A stretch of 64,000 nt of DNA, from NCBI GenBank assembly GCA_934149245.1, contig CAKPER010000002.1, forward strand, positions 4,879 through 68,878, in the 5' to 3' direction. Origin of the DNA: an uncultured Bacilli bacterium (GTDB lineage: Bacteria > Bacillota_I > Bacilli_A > RF39 > UBA660). The stretch's first letter is position 1. Every line of letters starts with the position of its first letter. Below are positions 1-10,052 of the stretch, piece by piece. The translations under genes were made by a program, and so were the position numbers. The notes under the pieces were generated by a model, which saw only the letters and a program-made list of their open reading frames with translations, did no database searches and was not told where the DNA came from.

Positions 1-1076
1 TTGGAGATTCTGTTTTATTAGTTAACGGTCTAATCAAAACTGAAGTAGTATCACTTGATAATGATGCAGACGGACAATTCAGCGGTGTAACTGTTAAAAT
101 ATTAAATGGTGGTGTTTTAGGAAACCATAAGAGTATGGCTGCTCCTGGAGTTTCTCTTGATATTCCATTTATTAGTGAAGTAGATAAAGAAGATATTACT
201 TATGCTTGTAACCATGATGGTGATTATCTAGCATTATCATTTGTTTCATCTAGAGATGATGTATTAGAAGCAAGAGAATTACTAAAAGCAAATGGTAGAG
301 AAGATATGAAAATAATTTCTAAAATTGAAAGTGTAACTGGTATTGAAAATTTAGATGAAATTATTGAAGCATCAGATGGTATTATGGTAGCACGTGGAGA
401 TCTTGGAGTAGAAGTTCCTATGGAAATGTTACCAATTTATCAAAGAATGATGATTACAAAATGTCGTGAAGCTGGTAAGTTCTGTATTGTAGCAACTGAA
501 ATGCTTGTTTCAATGAAAAAGAGCATTAGACCAACTCGTGCTGAAGTATCAGATGTTGCTAACGCAGTATTTAATGGAACAGATGCTGTTATGTTATCAG
601 ATGAGACAACTATTGGTAACTATCCAGCTGAAACAGTTAAAATTATGGCAGCAATTTGTGAGAATGCTGAAAAATATTATGATTATAATAAAAAATTTAA
701 TATCAATTGGGAATCAACTGTAACAGCTTCAATAGCTGAAAGTGTTATTACAGCTAGCAAAGATTTAGATTCAAAAGTAATTGTTGTTGCTACTATGAGT
801 GGTAAAACTGCTAGAAAAATTAGTAATTTAAAACCAGAGTGTCCAATATTAGCGACAGTACCTACTGAAAAAGTAGCTAGATCATTAGCTCTTAACTATG
901 GCGTTTATTCTAAAGTTGTTAATGAATATAACTCTACTGATGAGATTGTTACAGATGCTGTAGAGAAAGCTAAAGATTTTATTGAGTTGGATAAAGGAGA
1001 TAAAATTATTATCACTGGTGGTTTTCCTAACATTGGAGTTAAAACTACTGATTTCATGAAAATCGAAGAAATTTAA
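1..1076 (+). CDS. pyk: Pyruvate kinase, 3' portion (gene begins upstream of the window)
   Basis: Frame is open from base 3. Translation GDSVLLVNGLIKTEV..GGVLGNHKSMAAPGV..KIISKIES..IMVARGDLGVEVP..ATEMLVSM..PTRAEVSDVANAVFNGTDAVMLSDETT.GNYP carries canonical PK barrel motifs plus the C-terminal domain. Confidence 0.9.
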   Translation, partial: GDSVLLVNGLIKTEVVSLDNDADGQFSGVTVKILNGGVLGNHKSMAAPGVSLDIPFISEVDKEDITYACNHDGDYLALSFVSSRDDVLEARELLKANGREDMKIISKIESVTGIENLDEIIEASDGIMVARGDLGVEVPMEMLPIYQRMMITKCREAGKFCIVATEMLVSMKKSIRPTRAEVSDVANAVFNGTDAVMLSDETTIGNYPAETVKIMAAICENAEKYYDYNKKFNINWESTVTASIAESVITASKDLDSKVIVVATMSGKTARKISNLKPECPILATVPTEKVARSLALNYGVYSKVVNEYNSTDEIVTDAVEKAKDFIELDKGDKIIITGGFPNIGVKTTDFMKIEEI

Positions 1077-1082
1077 AGAGGT

Positions 1083-1109
1083 AAAGAAGTATCTTTGCTT
1101 CTTTTTTTT
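1083..1109 (+). terminator. Rho-independent terminator after pyk
   Basis: AAAGAAG / CTTCTTT 7-bp stem followed by a T-run, 7 nt after the pyk stop codon. Confidence 0.6.
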
Positions 1110-1178
1110 CTAATTTAACAATTAAATCTTGATAACTCCTAGATAATGTGCTATAGTATTTAGCAATTAGGGGGGATT

Positions 1179-2084
1179 ATGATGAATGTTATTTCTTTTT
1201 CAAACAGTAAGTTTAATAAACTTAATTTGCTAGATTTAGATAAAAGTGTCTTTAATACTGAAGCACAAATATATAATTATAGTTATAAAAATAATGCTAA
1301 GGTATTAAAAAAATTATACAATACAGAAAGTGGCGTATTTGCGAACAAACTTTATACAGTAGAGAAATTAGATGAAGCTAGAGAAATGCTACCAAGTTCT
1401 TTTTGTATACCTGATAACTTAGTAGTAGTTGGTGGCAGAATCATTGGTTTTACTTTACCAAAAGTTGATGGTGAAAACTTAAATTTACTTCTTGCAAATA
1501 AAAAAATTGATTTAAAAGATAAACTATATTATTTGAAGAAAGTAGGGGAAGTTTTACAACAAATGGATTACTTAAGAAAAAATCCACAACTAAAGAATTT
1601 TTATTTAAATGATTTACATGATAGCAACATAATGGTAAATCCAGTTAATGGCGATATTAGTATTATTGATTTAGATAGTGCTAAAATTGGTAAAGATACT
1701 TTCTTTGGGGCAAGATTTTTATCACCAAAGGCTCTATTTAATAATACACGTGGTAAATATAATATTATAGATCAAGAACAAAATTCATATTTGCATAGTT
1801 TGGCTTATGTTGATGCTGATAGAAATACAGACCTATATTGTTATACAATAATGATTTTAAACTTTTTATATAAAAATTATATTAATAATTTAAGTTTAGA
1901 AGAATATTATGAATACTTAAATTATCTAGAAAGTATAGGTTTAAACAAAGAACTTGTAGACGTCTTTTATTGCATAGTGTCAAACGAAGAAAATAAAAAT
2001 CCAAGTAGCTATTTAGAAAGTATAGATTATAAGCAATTGTTTATGGCTAGCGAAGGTGAGTTTGTCAAAAAACTAAAAAAATAA
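1179..2084 (+). CDS. Protein-kinase-like fold protein (aminoglycoside/choline-kinase or CotS-like superfamily), function unknown
   Basis: GGGGGG RBS precedes ATGATG. Catalytic-loop-like LHDSNIMV (HxDxxxxN) is followed by IIDLDS (DxD/DFG-like metal site). Confidence 0.45.
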   Translation: MMNVISFSNSKFNKLNLLDLDKSVFNTEAQIYNYSYKNNAKVLKKLYNTESGVFANKLYTVEKLDEAREMLPSSFCIPDNLVVVGGRIIGFTLPKVDGENLNLLLANKKIDLKDKLYYLKKVGEVLQQMDYLRKNPQLKNFYLNDLHDSNIMVNPVNGDISIIDLDSAKIGKDTFFGARFLSPKALFNNTRGKYNIIDQEQNSYLHSLAYVDADRNTDLYCYTIMILNFLYKNYINNLSLEEYYEYLNYLESIGLNKELVDVFYCIVSNEENKNPSSYLESIDYKQLFMASEGEFVKKLKK

Positions 2085-2233
2085 TTTATCTAGTAATATT
2101 AAATGAGATAGAAATATCTTATTTTTTTATGTCACTATTTGTTTACATAGATTAATTAATAAGTTGTATTAGGTAAATAACTTTTTACAATTAATAATAT
2201 AAATGTTATAATTATATAAAGGGAGGGGTCTTA

Positions 2234-3439
2234 GTGGAAAATACTTTTTTTAGAAGAGCTATCATAGTATTTCTATTATCTTTTACAATTTTAGTCATAA
2301 CATCAGCTTTTTATCTATTTTTAAACACCAAAGATATACTATTAGTTAGTGATTTAACAGCTGATTTTAGAGATAAAGTATATTTAAAAGATTTTATTTA
2401 TAAATTAGATGGTACCCTAAAAAATAATTATAAAATTGATACTAATAAAGTTGGTACTCAAGAAATAAAAGCAATATATCAAGATAAACATGGCTTTTAT
2501 AAAACAAAAAGATTTACAATTGAAGTAAAAGATGTTGTTGCTCCTACTATTATGTTATCTGGTGATTATACTGTTACTAAAGGCTATGATGGCAAACTTG
2601 AAGATGATATTTTATGTGCTGATGATACAGATGACCAAGTAGAATGTAAGATAAGTGGTAGCTATAATTTAGATGAAGTGGGAATATATCCCTTAAAAAT
2701 AACAGCAAAAGATAAAAGTAACAATAAAACATCACTAAAATTTAATTTAAATGTCGTTGATAAACAAAATAATAACACTAATTCAGACCAAGAAGATGAT
2801 ATGTCAAAGGCTACTAAATATGAGGATGTATATAAAAAGTATAAAACCAATAATACATTAGTAGGAATAGATGTATCTAAATGGCAAAAAGATATAGATT
2901 TTAATAAACTAAAAGAGCAAAATGTTGAATTTATTTTTATCAAAATAGCTGGTCAAAGACAAATAAATGGAAAAATAGAACTTGATCCTAAATTTAAAAC
3001 AAATATTGAAGAAGCTAAAAAACATGGTATTGCTGTTGGCGTTTACTTTTATTCTTATGCTAGAAGTCAGGAAGAAGCTAGAAAACAAGCAAGATATATA
3101 GTAAAAAATATAAAAAATTATGATATAGAACTTCCAATAGTTTTTGACTGGGAAAATTGGCTAGAGTATAATAAATTTAAACTTAGCTTTAATAGTCTTA
3201 ATTTCATTGCCAAAGCATTTATGGATGAAGTTGAAAAAAACGGCTATGATAGTTTAATTTATTCTAGTGAATATTACTTAGAAAATATTTGGTTTAAAGA
3301 AGATTATAATAATATCTGGATTGCTAAATATGGCAATCTAGAACATAAACCTAGCTATAAAGTATGGCAATTATGTAGTGATGGTAAGATAGATGGTATA
3401 GATAAATATATAGATATAGATGTTATGTACTTAAAATAA
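2234..3439 (+). CDS. Membrane-anchored GH25 muramidase (lysozyme) with an Ig-like (DUF5011-type) middle domain
   Basis: GGGAGGGG RBS with GTG start and an N-terminal TM helix. Ig-like segment reads APTIMLSGDYTVTKG..GIYPLKITAKDKSNN. C-terminal GIDVSKWQKDIDFNKLK..VEFIFIKI..YFYSYA..DWE is typical of GH25. Confidence 0.75.
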   Translation: MENTFFRRAIIVFLLSFTILVITSAFYLFLNTKDILLVSDLTADFRDKVYLKDFIYKLDGTLKNNYKIDTNKVGTQEIKAIYQDKHGFYKTKRFTIEVKDVVAPTIMLSGDYTVTKGYDGKLEDDILCADDTDDQVECKISGSYNLDEVGIYPLKITAKDKSNNKTSLKFNLNVVDKQNNNTNSDQEDDMSKATKYEDVYKKYKTNNTLVGIDVSKWQKDIDFNKLKEQNVEFIFIKIAGQRQINGKIELDPKFKTNIEEAKKHGIAVGVYFYSYARSQEEARKQARYIVKNIKNYDIELPIVFDWENWLEYNKFKLSFNSLNFIAKAFMDEVEKNGYDSLIYSSEYYLENIWFKEDYNNIWIAKYGNLEHKPSYKVWQLCSDGKIDGIDKYIDIDVMYLK

Positions 3440-3464
3440 ATAAAAAAATAAGGTGGTGTTTAAA

Positions 3465-4463
3465 ATGTCATTTCTTGAAAAAATTATTCCAGCAAAGTTT
3501 AAAACAATAACTAAAAATACAACTTCTACTACTACTAATACTAGTGTAAATATAAAAAAAATAGAGTCTGATAACAAACCAGAGGTAAATATTGAAGAAA
3601 TAGACTTAGGATTAGAAAATAGTTTTATGTTTAATGTTGATGCAGCAAGTGATATTGTTCATTCTAGAAAAGATGGTTTAGATATAAATAGTAGTAAGTT
3701 TTTAAGTGATGAAGATAAAGAAAGTATAAAAAAATTAATTGCTAAGAAAAATCCTGATATGACCTCTAATGGTATTGACGAAGAATTAAATAAATTGATG
3801 CAAGCTTGTAGCGATTACTCTGTAAGTCATGGTTGTGGTGCTTATAGTATCCTAGCTTTACGAAATGCTAAGTCTAACGACAAAGAGACAAAAGAATCAT
3901 TTTTTGGACATACTCTTTTAAATAGCCTAGGTACAGAAAAGTGGTATGAAATAATGGATAGACAACTTAAAAAAAATGGTGGTGGCCCATTAACAACCGA
4001 CGATATGTCAAAAGTATTAGATTATTATGGTTATAGCTACGAAAATTTAGGTCACTATACATCTGAATCTTTTTCCAAAGATGATAAAAGTGGTAACTAT
4101 CAAAAAATACTAGAACACTTAAAACAAAATAAACCAGTTGTTTTAATGGTTGGAAGAAAAGATGAAGGACTTGATAGAGGGTATAGCAGAACTACTTTTT
4201 CATCTAATGAACAAGATACATCTAAAGAGTTGGGTAAAAAAGCAAACGTTGACGATACTTGGGCGAAAAGCTTTCATTACATATTATTAGCAGGAGCAGA
4301 TGATAATAATAAAGTTACAATAATAGATTCTAGAAGTTTTGATTATGAAAACTACAAAAATATCAGATATTCAAATTATTCTAAATTAATATCCTACATA
4401 GCTTCAAATACGGAATCTACAGATCGTTATTCTAAGTATGCTGGTTGTATACTTATTGATTAA
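3465..4463 (+). CDS. Hypothetical protein, possible papain-like (C39_2-type) cysteine peptidase
   Basis: AAGGTGG RBS lies 8 nt before ATG 3465 (the track ORF starts 12 nt earlier). Candidate nucleophile is in SHGCGAYSILAL and candidate His/Asp in FHYILLAGADDNNKVTIIDS. Assignment rests on motif resemblance only. Confidence 0.4.
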   Translation: MSFLEKIIPAKFKTITKNTTSTTTNTSVNIKKIESDNKPEVNIEEIDLGLENSFMFNVDAASDIVHSRKDGLDINSSKFLSDEDKESIKKLIAKKNPDMTSNGIDEELNKLMQACSDYSVSHGCGAYSILALRNAKSNDKETKESFFGHTLLNSLGTEKWYEIMDRQLKKNGGGPLTTDDMSKVLDYYGYSYENLGHYTSESFSKDDKSGNYQKILEHLKQNKPVVLMVGRKDEGLDRGYSRTTFSSNEQDTSKELGKKANVDDTWAKSFHYILLAGADDNNKVTIIDSRSFDYENYKNIRYSNYSKLISYIASNTESTDRYSKYAGCILID

Positions 4464-4480
4464 TATAAGATAATAAAATT

Positions 4481-4509
4481 AAAGAACTTGTTGATGAGTT
4501 CTTTTTCTC
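4481..4509 (+). terminator. Rho-independent terminator
   Basis: AAAGAACT / AGTTCTTT stem followed by a T-rich tail, just after the 4463 stop. Confidence 0.55.
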
Positions 4510-4555
4510 GACATTGTTTTGAATAATTAAATATATACTTATATTAGGTGATAAT

Positions 4556-5596
4556 GTGGGGAAGAAGAAAATGAACTTAGTTAAAACTAAGAAAAAATCA
4601 AAATACAAATTAAAATATATAATATGTTTAGTAATTATTTACTTGTCTTTTTCTTATACTTTTTATAATATGATAAAAGGAAGTAAAGCAGTATCTAATG
4701 AGGAATTTATAAATATTTTAGTATCTAGTGGTAATGCTAATATATTATCTAAATATAAAACAACTAATATTATAAATGGTACTATGAAATTTCTTCTTAA
4801 TATAGATTTTACTAATCCTAAAAGCATTTTAAATAATAGTATTTTAAAATATGGTAGCACTAAAAAGGAGAAAACGGAAGCTACGATATCTATCTCTTAT
4901 AATGATGATTACAGTGATATGGATGAGTTAAAGAAAGTTAGTGATTATATAAAGGATCCTAATCCTAAAGAAATAAAAAAACCTCTTGTTTATTTATATA
5001 ATACTCATCAATTAGAAAATTATAATAATGATAATTTAGAAATATATGGTATAACTCCTAATGTTCAAATGGCTAGCTATTTATTACGAGAAAAACTTGA
5101 TAGTATGGGGATTTCTACAATAGTTGAAGATGCTAATATGAGTAATATTTTAGCAAGTAATAATTGGAATTATGCTTATTCTTATCAAGCTAGTGCTAGC
5201 TTAATAACAGATAAAAAAAATAAATATCCAACTTTAAAATATTTTATTGATATTCATCGAGATAGCATTCCCAAATCTGCATCAACTGCTTCCTTAAATA
5301 ATAAAAACTATGCTAAAATACTATTCGTTGTTGGAAAAGACTATAACACTTGGCAAGATAATTATAATTTTTCAAATAAATTAAATGATTTACTTAATAC
5401 TTACTATTCAGGAATATCCAGAGGAATTATTACCAAATCAGGAACAGGTGTTAATGGCATATATAACCAAAACCTAAGTCCTAATTGCATTTTAATAGAA
5501 GTAGGAGGAAATGAAAATACTATTGAAGAAGTTTATAATACTATAGAAGTTTTAGCAGATATTTTAAATAAGTATATATCAGGAGCAGCTAAATGA
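4556..5596 (+). CDS. spoIIP: Stage II sporulation protein P (SpoIIP family amidase/peptidase)
   Basis: N-terminal TM helix, then LYNTHQLENY, FIDIHRDS and ILIEVGGNENT motifs characteristic of SpoIIP. Confidence 0.8.
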   Translation: MGKKKMNLVKTKKKSKYKLKYIICLVIIYLSFSYTFYNMIKGSKAVSNEEFINILVSSGNANILSKYKTTNIINGTMKFLLNIDFTNPKSILNNSILKYGSTKKEKTEATISISYNDDYSDMDELKKVSDYIKDPNPKEIKKPLVYLYNTHQLENYNNDNLEIYGITPNVQMASYLLREKLDSMGISTIVEDANMSNILASNNWNYAYSYQASASLITDKKNKYPTLKYFIDIHRDSIPKSASTASLNNKNYAKILFVVGKDYNTWQDNYNFSNKLNDLLNTYYSGISRGIITKSGTGVNGIYNQNLSPNCILIEVGGNENTIEEVYNTIEVLADILNKYISGAAK

Positions 5597-5913
5597 AAAA
5601 TAAAAAAATAGCTAAATTATTTTTATACATAATATTAATATCTTTTATATTTTCCTATTTTATAGAAAAGTCAGGATATTATGAATATAACTTACAAACT
5701 AAAAGGAATTTAACGGAAAAAGAAATTAAAAAATTTGAGCAAGATGTAAGAGAAGGAAAAAAAGTTGATATTAATACTTATTTAAAAGATAGTAGAATAG
5801 ATTACTCAAATAACTTAACTAAAAAAACTTCTAATTTTAGTATAAAATTAAATAAATATATAAACGAAGCTATTAGTAATACTTTTAATATTTTTAGTAG
5901 GTTAGTAAAATAA
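5593..5913 (+). CDS. Small membrane protein overlapping the spoIIP stop by 4 nt (position analogous to B. subtilis yqxA)
   Basis: ATGA start/stop overlap with spoIIP and a single N-terminal TM helix. Function unknown. Confidence 0.5.
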   Translation: MKNKKIAKLFLYIILISFIFSYFIEKSGYYEYNLQTKRNLTEKEIKKFEQDVREGKKVDINTYLKDSRIDYSNNLTKKTSNFSIKLNKYINEAISNTFNIFSRLVK

Positions 5914-5988
5914 TAGTAACAAATAATATAGTAAATTATTAGATAATATGATATACTTATTAATAATAAGGGAGGATAAGTATATATA

Positions 5989-6594
5989 ATGAACAGAATG
6001 TATATAGATAATTCTTTTAATACTAATAAGCAAAGTAGTAAAAACTTTAAAAATATTCAGAAAATACTTGATGATCATGCCAAATGGCAGATAAGGGATT
6101 TTTCTATTTCTGATATAGAAGCTACTGTTAATAAAAAATCTAAATTTATAATCTATAAAGATAACAATACTAATAAACTAATAATAGTATCGCAAACAAT
6201 AGTTGCTTATTTTATAGATAATGATACTTTATTTAATAATGTTTACTTACCAGAAATACTAAAAATATACACTAGTTATAATAATGAAGTAGGCGATAAT
6301 GGCATATGTGATAATGAAGATATCTCTTATGGATATGTTAATAATAATTTATACATAATTAATTATAGTAGAGAATTTATTAATTATAATTTATTATATT
6401 TGAAGAGTATATCTAATAAACTTAATTATAGGCTTGAACTTAGTAAAAATTATATGGATGAAGATGAGGACGAAGTTATTGTCTCTCCACCAAAAAACCA
6501 TAGAAAAATATATAGCTATGGTTATATAAATATACTTTTTATTTCTTTTGTATTAAGTATTTTAACTATTATTATTTGTCTTGTTAGAAAGTAG
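5989..6594 (+). CDS. Hypothetical protein with C-terminal TM anchor
   Basis: GGGAGG RBS. 201-aa ORF ends in the hydrophobic helix INILFISFVLSILTIIICLV. No recognisable motif. Confidence 0.5.
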   Translation: MNRMYIDNSFNTNKQSSKNFKNIQKILDDHAKWQIRDFSISDIEATVNKKSKFIIYKDNNTNKLIIVSQTIVAYFIDNDTLFNNVYLPEILKIYTSYNNEVGDNGICDNEDISYGYVNNNLYIINYSREFINYNLLYLKSISNKLNYRLELSKNYMDEDEDEVIVSPPKNHRKIYSYGYINILFISFVLSILTIIICLVRK

Positions 6595-6681
6595 GTTTAC
6601 ATAATTATGGGTAATTATGGGATGAATATGTGCTTTATGGACAATAATAGTAAAAAATGATAGTATGAAAGTGGTGATGTT

Positions 6682-8709
6682 ATGTCAAGAAAAGTAAAGA
6701 AAAAGCCGAAGAAGATATATAAAGTATTATCTTTTCTGCTTATATTAATATCCATTATCTTTGTTGCTTCACTTATATATTTTAATAGTTTACCAATCTT
6801 ATATTTAGGAATAATAATTGCTATAATAGGAATAATTGATTTATTTCTTGTTATGTTAATGTTACATAGTAGAAAGAAAAAAACAGGAGCATTGTTTTCG
6901 ATAGTATTTTCTATTATAATGGCTATTATTAGTTTTTTTGTGTTTAAGACAGCTGGGCTTTTAGGTAATTTAAATTTAAATTATAAAACTTATAATTATT
7001 CAGTAGTTGTTTTAAAGGATAGTAAATATAAAAAAATTAATGATATAAAGGGTAAAAATTTAGGATTTTATGAAACAGAGGGTAAAGAATGTGATAAATC
7101 TATTTCAAGATTAGCTAAAAAAGTTGATACTGATAATAGTGACTATGATGATGTTAGCACTCTAGCTCAAGATCTTTTTGATAAAAAGATGGATGCTATA
7201 TTAGTTGAAGATACTTATTTAGATATTTTAAATGAAAATGGTGTTACTACTAGTAATGATAGTAGTAGTGATACACATTCTTCTAGTTCTAGTGATAGCA
7301 GTACAGATACTAAGTCATTCAGTGATAAAACAAAAGTTATTTATAAATTTAGTATTGTAGTTAAAACTAGTGATATTTCTAAAGACCTAGATGTTACTAA
7401 AAAACCATTTAATATATATATCAGTGGTATAGATACTTATGGTAGTATTTCTTCAGTATCAAGAAGTGATGTTAATATGGTTGTTACAGTTAATCCTAAA
7501 ACTAAACAAATATTATTAACTTCCATTCCTCGTGATTATTATGTACATCTTCATGGGAAGAGTGGTTATAATGATAAATTAACTCATGCTGGATTATATG
7601 GAGTGGATATGTCTATTAAAACTATAGAAGATTTAATGGATATAGAGATAAACTATTATGTAAAAGTTAATTTTACAAGTGTTATAAATATTGTTGATGC
7701 AATTGGAGGAGTTGATGTATATTCAGATTATGATTTTACTTCTCTAGATGGATATAAATATAGTAAAGGATATAATAGTGTTGATGGAAAAGAAGCTTTA
7801 TCTTTTGCTAGAGAAAGAAAATCCTTTCAAGCGGGAGATAGGCAAAGAGTAAAAGATCAGCAAGCTCTATTAGAGGCTATGTTCAGAAAATGTACTAGCA
7901 CTTCTATTATAACTAAATATAATAGCTTGTTAGATTCAGTTTCAGGAAGTTTTGTTACAAATATGCCTACTGATAGATTAAAAGCTTTAATAAGAATGCA
8001 GGTAGCTAAGAAATATAAATGGACTATTACTGCTAATAGCCTAGATGGAGCAAATTCGTCTAACTATACTTATTCTTATTCTTCTCAAAAATTATATGTT
8101 ATGGAACCTATTGAAGATAGTGTAAATTATGCTCATAAGTTAATAAAATCTGTTGAAGAAGGTGAAAAACTAGACCCAACATTTGATGGAAATGCATCTG
8201 ATGTACATAAGGTAGCTCAAAGTTCAGCAGCAAAATCAAGTAGTAGTAGTTCTAGTAGCACATCTAGTTCTAGTAATTATAGTGAAAAGAATAATGAAGG
8301 ATTAAAGGTTTCTATTCCAAGAACAACGGAAACTATTACAGAGGGTGAAAGTTATGTATATTATCCTTACACAGCTACTTATAATGGAAAAGATGTAAGT
8401 GACAGTTCAAGTATTTCTTTCACTGTAAATGGTAAAGTATTTACCTCATATTATAATTTAATTAGCTATATTAGAGATTTAAGTGCAGGTGAGTATAATA
8501 TTGTTCATAAAGTATCTTATGGAGGAGAGAATAAGAGCTTAAATCAAACACTTATAGTAAAAGCAGGTGCTAAAAAGAATAACAGCTCTACTAATAATAG
8601 TGAGCAAGGTAATGATAATCAAAATACAACTTCTACTACAACTAGTGGTGGAAATAATGGTGATAGTGTTGATGAAAATGATATTGATGATGAGGCTTTA
8701 ACACCTTAA
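6682..8709 (+). CDS. LCP (LytR-CpsA-Psr) family cell-wall polymer transferase with Ser-rich linkers and a C-terminal Ig-like extension
   Basis: N-terminal TM helices. LCP core reads NIYISGIDTYG..SDVNMVVTVNP..ILLTSIPRDYYV..NYYVKVNF..ALSFARER. Poly-Ser tracts occur at ~7260-7310 and ~8235-8280. Confidence 0.85.
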   Translation: MSRKVKKKPKKIYKVLSFLLILISIIFVASLIYFNSLPILYLGIIIAIIGIIDLFLVMLMLHSRKKKTGALFSIVFSIIMAIISFFVFKTAGLLGNLNLNYKTYNYSVVVLKDSKYKKINDIKGKNLGFYETEGKECDKSISRLAKKVDTDNSDYDDVSTLAQDLFDKKMDAILVEDTYLDILNENGVTTSNDSSSDTHSSSSSDSSTDTKSFSDKTKVIYKFSIVVKTSDISKDLDVTKKPFNIYISGIDTYGSISSVSRSDVNMVVTVNPKTKQILLTSIPRDYYVHLHGKSGYNDKLTHAGLYGVDMSIKTIEDLMDIEINYYVKVNFTSVINIVDAIGGVDVYSDYDFTSLDGYKYSKGYNSVDGKEALSFARERKSFQAGDRQRVKDQQALLEAMFRKCTSTSIITKYNSLLDSVSGSFVTNMPTDRLKALIRMQVAKKYKWTITANSLDGANSSNYTYSYSSQKLYVMEPIEDSVNYAHKLIKSVEEGEKLDPTFDGNASDVHKVAQSSAAKSSSSSSSSTSSSSNYSEKNNEGLKVSIPRTTETITEGESYVYYPYTATYNGKDVSDSSSISFTVNGKVFTSYYNLISYIRDLSAGEYNIVHKVSYGGENKSLNQTLIVKAGAKKNNSSTNNSEQGNDNQNTTSTTTSGGNNGDSVDENDIDDEALTP

Positions 8710-8716
8710 TAAAAAA

Positions 8717-8757
8717 GAAGATTATTCATAAAAATATGAATAGTCTTCCTTTTTTTT
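8717..8757. terminator. Bidirectional terminator between convergent LCP and def genes
   Basis: GAAGATTATTCATA-AAAA-TATGAATAGTCTTC 14-bp stem (one mismatch), flanked by an A-run upstream and a T-run downstream. Confidence 0.65.
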
Positions 8758-8762
8758 GTTAA

Positions 8763-9311
8763 TTATATTTCTCGCATAATATCTGCATTTTTATATGGAT
8801 TTTTAGGATCAATATGATCATAGAACAAAATACCATTTAAATGATCTAACTCGTGTTGAAACGCTATTGATAATTCTTCTCTAGCTCTAATCTTAAATTT
8901 TTTTCCATTTACATCATAAGCTTCAAATGTTGTTCTAGCATATCTTGGAACAATTCCTTCAACATCACGATTAACACTCAAACACCCTTCACCACCAGAA
9001 GTATATATCATCTCTTCTGAATGAGAGATAAGTTTAGGATTTATTAAAATATAATTTTTAAAAACATTTTCTTTCTCTTCGTAGCACACAACAAAAAATC
9101 TTTCATTTATCCCAACTTGAGGTGCAGCAAGTCCCATACCAGGTCTTAAATCATATTTTTCTGCTTCTTCTTCTATTTGAGATAAATGTAAGTGCTCTAA
9201 CATATCGTTAATTAATTTTTTTCTCTCTTTACTCAATGGAAATATACAATCAGCATTCTTAGCTCTTATTCTCTTATCCTTTTCATCTAATATATCTTTA
9301 GTTTTAAGCAT
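8763..9311 (-). CDS. def: Peptide deformylase
   Basis: GLAAPQ, EGCLS and HELDHL metal-site motifs are all present. Confidence 0.9.
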   Translation of the reverse strand: MLKTKDILDEKDKRIRAKNADCIFPLSKERKKLINDMLEHLHLSQIEEEAEKYDLRPGMGLAAPQVGINERFFVVCYEEKENVFKNYILINPKLISHSEEMIYTSGGEGCLSVNRDVEGIVPRYARTTFEAYDVNGKKFKIRAREELSIAFQHELDHLNGILFYDHIDPKNPYKNADIMREI

Positions 9312-9352
9312 AGTACCACTTCCTTCTGCGATTAATATAATATCATAAAATT

Positions 9353-9390
9353 AAAAAAAAATAAAGGGAGTTTGATTTGTATCTCCCTTT
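9353..9390 (-). terminator. Rho-independent terminator of the YjcZ-like gene
   Basis: AAAGGGAG / CTCCCTTT stem. On the minus strand it is followed by an 8-nt T-run. Confidence 0.6.
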
Positions 9391-9393
9391 ACT

Positions 9394-9579
9394 TTATACA
9401 GTTATTCTCGTACCGATTATTATTACTAATAATATGAATAGAACTAATATAATTGCAGCTCCATATCCGTAGCCACCACCTGTGTAGCCATAACCATATG
9501 CTGGATATCCATAGTTTCCTGTTCCACTACATCCACAATTATTATAACCGCTACTATAACCGCCACCATAATAATACAT
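9394..9579 (-). CDS. Gly/Tyr-rich mini-protein with C-terminal TM helix (YjcZ-like sporulation protein family)
   Basis: MYYYGGGYSSGYNN..GYGYTGGGYGYG followed by AAIILVLFILLVIIIG. GGAGG RBS and its own terminator. Confidence 0.55.
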   Translation of the reverse strand: MYYYGGGYSSGYNNCGCSGTGNYGYPAYGYGYTGGGYGYGAAIILVLFILLVIIIGTRITV

Positions 9580-9650
9580 AATATTACCTCCTTTACATAT
9601 CTAATATAGTTTACGCAAAATAGGATATTTTGACATTGTTTTGCTAACTA

Positions 9651-9679
9651 TTTACAAATAAAGCTCTATTTGATATAAT
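9651..9679 (+). promoter_or_regulatory. SigA-type promoter for tRNA-Thr
   Basis: TTTACA, 17-nt spacer, then TGaTATAAT (extended -10), ending 12 nt before the tRNA 5' end. Confidence 0.5.
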
Positions 9680-9691
9680 CAGACTAGTTAA

Positions 9692-9765
9692 GCCGAATTA
9701 GTTTAGTGGTAGAACGGAAGCATGGTAAGCTTCAAAGGGCAGTTCAATTCTGCCATTCGGCACCA
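9692..9765 (+). tRNA. tRNA-Thr (anticodon GGT), CCA encoded
   Basis: Manual cloverleaf: acceptor GCCGAAT/ATTCGGC, D arm GTTT..GAAC, anticodon stem GAAGC/GCTTC with loop ATGGTAA, T arm GGCAG-TTCAATT-CTGCC, then ACCA. Confidence 0.88.
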
Positions 9766-9936
9766 TTAATAAATTATTTCACCGTTTGGAGTATTTTTTT
9801 ATTTGTAAAAAAAGAATGTCCAAAAGTGTTGAATGTATTTAATAAATTTTTCTTGTATATTAGGAAATTTCTCAATTAATAATATTTCATAATTACGATA
9901 ATTGGTAAGTAACAAAAATATGTAAACACGACAAAA

Positions 9937-9955
9937 AGAAGGAAATGTTCCTTCT
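9937..9955. terminator. Hairpin usable as a terminator in both directions
   Basis: AGAAGGAA..TTCCTTCT stem with an A-run on one side and a T-rich tail on the other. It lies downstream of tRNA-Thr (+) and of the 10053-10559 gene (-). Confidence 0.45.
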
Positions 9956-10052
9956 TTCTAAAAATATTTATTTAGTGTTATTGTTCCTTATAAATATAAT
10001 GATATCCTCTTGTACCAACATAATCTATTGGTACTGTTTTTTTTTATTATCT

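Noticed and set aside
538-723. Short ORFs in the supplied track that lie inside, or antisense to, long well-supported genes: 538-723, 2662-2943, 4663-4860, 21974-22201, 23683-23928, 29788-30000, 30882-31121, 37395-37610, 42744-43001, 44639-44848, 45808-45999, 47380-47607, 47861-48052, 54752-54979, 57904-58137, 58134-58364, 59825-60016, 63664-63864.
   Set aside because: Each overlaps a longer ORF that has clear family motifs. Their translations are Ile/Leu/Phe/Lys-rich low-complexity strings, as expected from alternative frames of AT-rich coding DNA. None has a convincing RBS.
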